64,000 bases of DNA from Podarcis muralis (lineage: Eukaryota), in assembly GCF_964188315.1 (NCBI RefSeq), contig NC_135662.1:42532001-42596000 (forward strand). Direction: 5' to 3'. Under the pieces are notes generated by a model that saw only the letters and a list, made by a program, of their open reading frames with translations, searched no databases and was not told where the DNA came from. This document shows, in pieces, positions 61,846 to 64,000 of this stretch; the first letter of the stretch is position 1, and every line of letters begins with the position of its first letter. The position numbers were made by a program, and so were the translations under genes.

Positions 61846-62170
61846 TGTCAGGCGCCAGGGAATCTGATCCCCCCATGGTAGGCTGCCAGCGATAGATAAC
61901 AAGGAAAGTTCTTGCCAAGTATTTTATTCAATATTCACAGAGAGAGGCTTAGAAAAGATGCCTCTTGTAGTAATGGCATTGCTCCAAGTGAAGCCCCACC
62001 CCCTCCATCTCTCCTATTATACGTCATCCCTATGTTGGCTGATCTGTGCTTTCTGCTCTCCTACTTTCAATGCCCGCTGGGTTCTGGGAGGGTGTGTGTG
62101 TCTGGAATGCTTTCTAAAGAGACTGAGTCTGTCACCTGTCTCTCCCCTGGTGCTTCTTCTTGTTCATGCT
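61846..62170 (-). mobile_element. Family 2 LTR, 3' portion
   Basis: TGTCAGG...CCCCATGGTAGGCTGCCAG...TTTTATTCAATATTCACAGAGAGAGGCTTAG is homologous to 31073-31200. Confidence 0.65.
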
Positions 62171-62352
62171 TTTCAGGCCAAGGCAGTTGATGTTTGTCCA
62201 CAAACAGCTTTCTGGGTCATGTGGCCTCCATGACTAAACCGCTTTTGGTGCAGAACTAACTGAATTCAATCAGCTTAAAATGTTTTCAATCATCTCATCT
62301 TACAAGGGTTTATTATTGTTGTTATTTTAGGTTTCAGCTAGGGATGCATGCT

Positions 62353-62640
62353 TTTTTAATTTTTTTATTGAATTTCAGAGGTTTTAACAAATTAACTTGA
62401 ATTTCAGCACATACTTCCCTTAACGTTTTGACTTCCCATCCTTACCTCCACGATGGTTTTATTCCCACCTTTCTTCTACTGTATTATATACCATGCTTTT
62501 ATCTATTACATATTACATCTATTACAATGCAATTATTTTTACATTTCCCTTCCACTGCTCATATTTCAAATCCTGCCTATGATTGCATTTGATTACAGTA
62601 CTTTCCCAGGTGATCCAAAAAGGGATGTCTGTTTTCAACC
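62353..62640 (-). mobile_element. Probable L1-clade 3' end
   Basis: Plus strand TTTTTTATTG (antisense polyA/AATAAA) with TGACTTCCC and a C-rich UTR; minus strand HPFLDHL resembles the L1 ORF2 terminus. Confidence 0.5.
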
Positions 62641-64000
62641 TTAAACTTAGTATTCATTCAAGCTTCAGTAGGAGCAGAGACAGACAGACTGACTGGAAGC
62701 TTTAAGGAACAAAGTTGGAATGCCCAGGAGTTTATTCAGTAAAGGGAGGTGATCAACTGGCAAAGCTAAACTGTTAGTATGATTGGCTGCTGAATTTGCT
62801 TATTAAACTGATTCATGTGAAATTTGTGTTTGTTAAGAAAAAGAACTCAGAACCCAGTAGGTTACAGAGCAATGGTTTGCAGAACAAAAGAATTATACTT
62901 AGCTGAGTAAGAAAAAAGAAAAAAAGGATATGTTTCAGTAAAGGTTTAGCATATTTCAGCCCCTCTGGTTTTAATAAGAGATATAAGTTTATTATGAACC
63001 AAGGTGACTTAAAATCCTGAACTTTGTTTTGATAGTTCACAATAATATGTGCATATCCTTTATGTTTTCAGGAGTCATTTTGCTCAGCACAAAACATAAT
63101 GTGGTTCATTCACTAATATGAACTTTGGATGATTGCTTTGATTCAGCTAGGGTTGTATAGATTCAGTCAATTATGGTTGCTCTCTGTTTTTCATTTTTCT
63201 AATCTTATGTTCAGTTTGCCTGATTTTTCAGCAGTATATGTATGCATTTTTGAACACATTTTTATGGCTGGAGAACTGCTTCACTAAATTAGTGTGAAGC
63301 AGTGAGAATTTTGAAGCATATCATTTAGTTTGTGTATTGTTCCAGGACATGCAGATTAGGTAGCTTGTCAATAAAAGCAAACCAAACTGAATGTCTCCTC
63401 CATCCCTTGACTCAGTCAGTGTCAGATTTCTGTGTACATATATCTAGCCTGAGGAGGATGCAAAGGTCTGTGTTTAATTTATATTTTTGTACAGTGCCTA
63501 GGCTCCAAGGTACTTCCTAAATCATCAGTAATAGTTATTATTCTTCACTTCATTCTGCTGTGTGCATATGCTCTGTCAGATCATAATCAAATATAAAATA
63601 TTTATCAACTTAATCATAGGTCATAAAAGAACCAAGAATACAAATCGACTGAACAGATATGAAAAGCACAAGTAATCACAGACCTGTGTACAGGGCAAAT
63701 TATATCATAATTAAAACAGTCAGATCTCCATAAACCCAACAATGACACGAGGACTCATGTAGTGTTGTCTTATTCATGAAGCTAGTTTTTTCCCTGTAAG
63801 AAGTCTGTGACAGGAAACATTCAGGTTTTTTCCTGCTTGCCCAAGAGTCAAAACAAAGTTCGAGATAAATAAAGAACTTATTTCTGGTCTCATTAGAGAC
63901 ATGTGGCCTCATTATGACAAACAAATGAAGGATCTTCTAACCTGGACAAGCTCCACAAACAGAACAAATGAGATCATAGGAAATATTTTTGTATTTAAAG

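Noticed and set aside
372-63924. Remaining short ORFs (60-140 aa) in the six-frame track as host genes
   Set aside because: They overlap repeats or lack any recognisable homology; no coherent exon chain was found.

Overview
This is vertebrate nuclear DNA from a squamate, most likely a lacertid lizard (inferred from Sauria SINEs with an (ACCTTT)n tail, Bov-B, a tRNA-head/CR1-tail SINE and typical squamate MITEs). I found no recognisable host protein-coding gene, rRNA, true tRNA or CRISPR array; the window looks like a gene desert or large intron. It is dominated by retrotransposon pieces (RTE-X-like, L2, CR1, Bov-B, L1 tail), SINEs, DNA-transposon MITEs, microsatellites, solo-LTR-like elements and some AT-rich unique blocks that may be conserved non-coding elements. 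The only long ORFs are a 5'-truncated but uninterrupted RTE-X-like reverse transcriptase (54.9-56.7 kb, minus) and an L2 RT fragment (58.4-59.9 kb, minus). Two observations stand out. (1) Six diverged copies of a ~740-780 bp LTR-like family conserve mainly short motifs, and these motifs are the arms of the same long-range stems and hairpins, with compensatory changes. This points to a conserved ~450-nt folded RNA whose outer stem overlaps the poly(A) signal. (2) A second LTR-like family has an acidic/Trp- then Pro- then Arg-rich reading frame starting in the same phase at the LTR's TG end in three copies. All alignments and pairings were made by eye; family names come from recalled motifs, not database searches.
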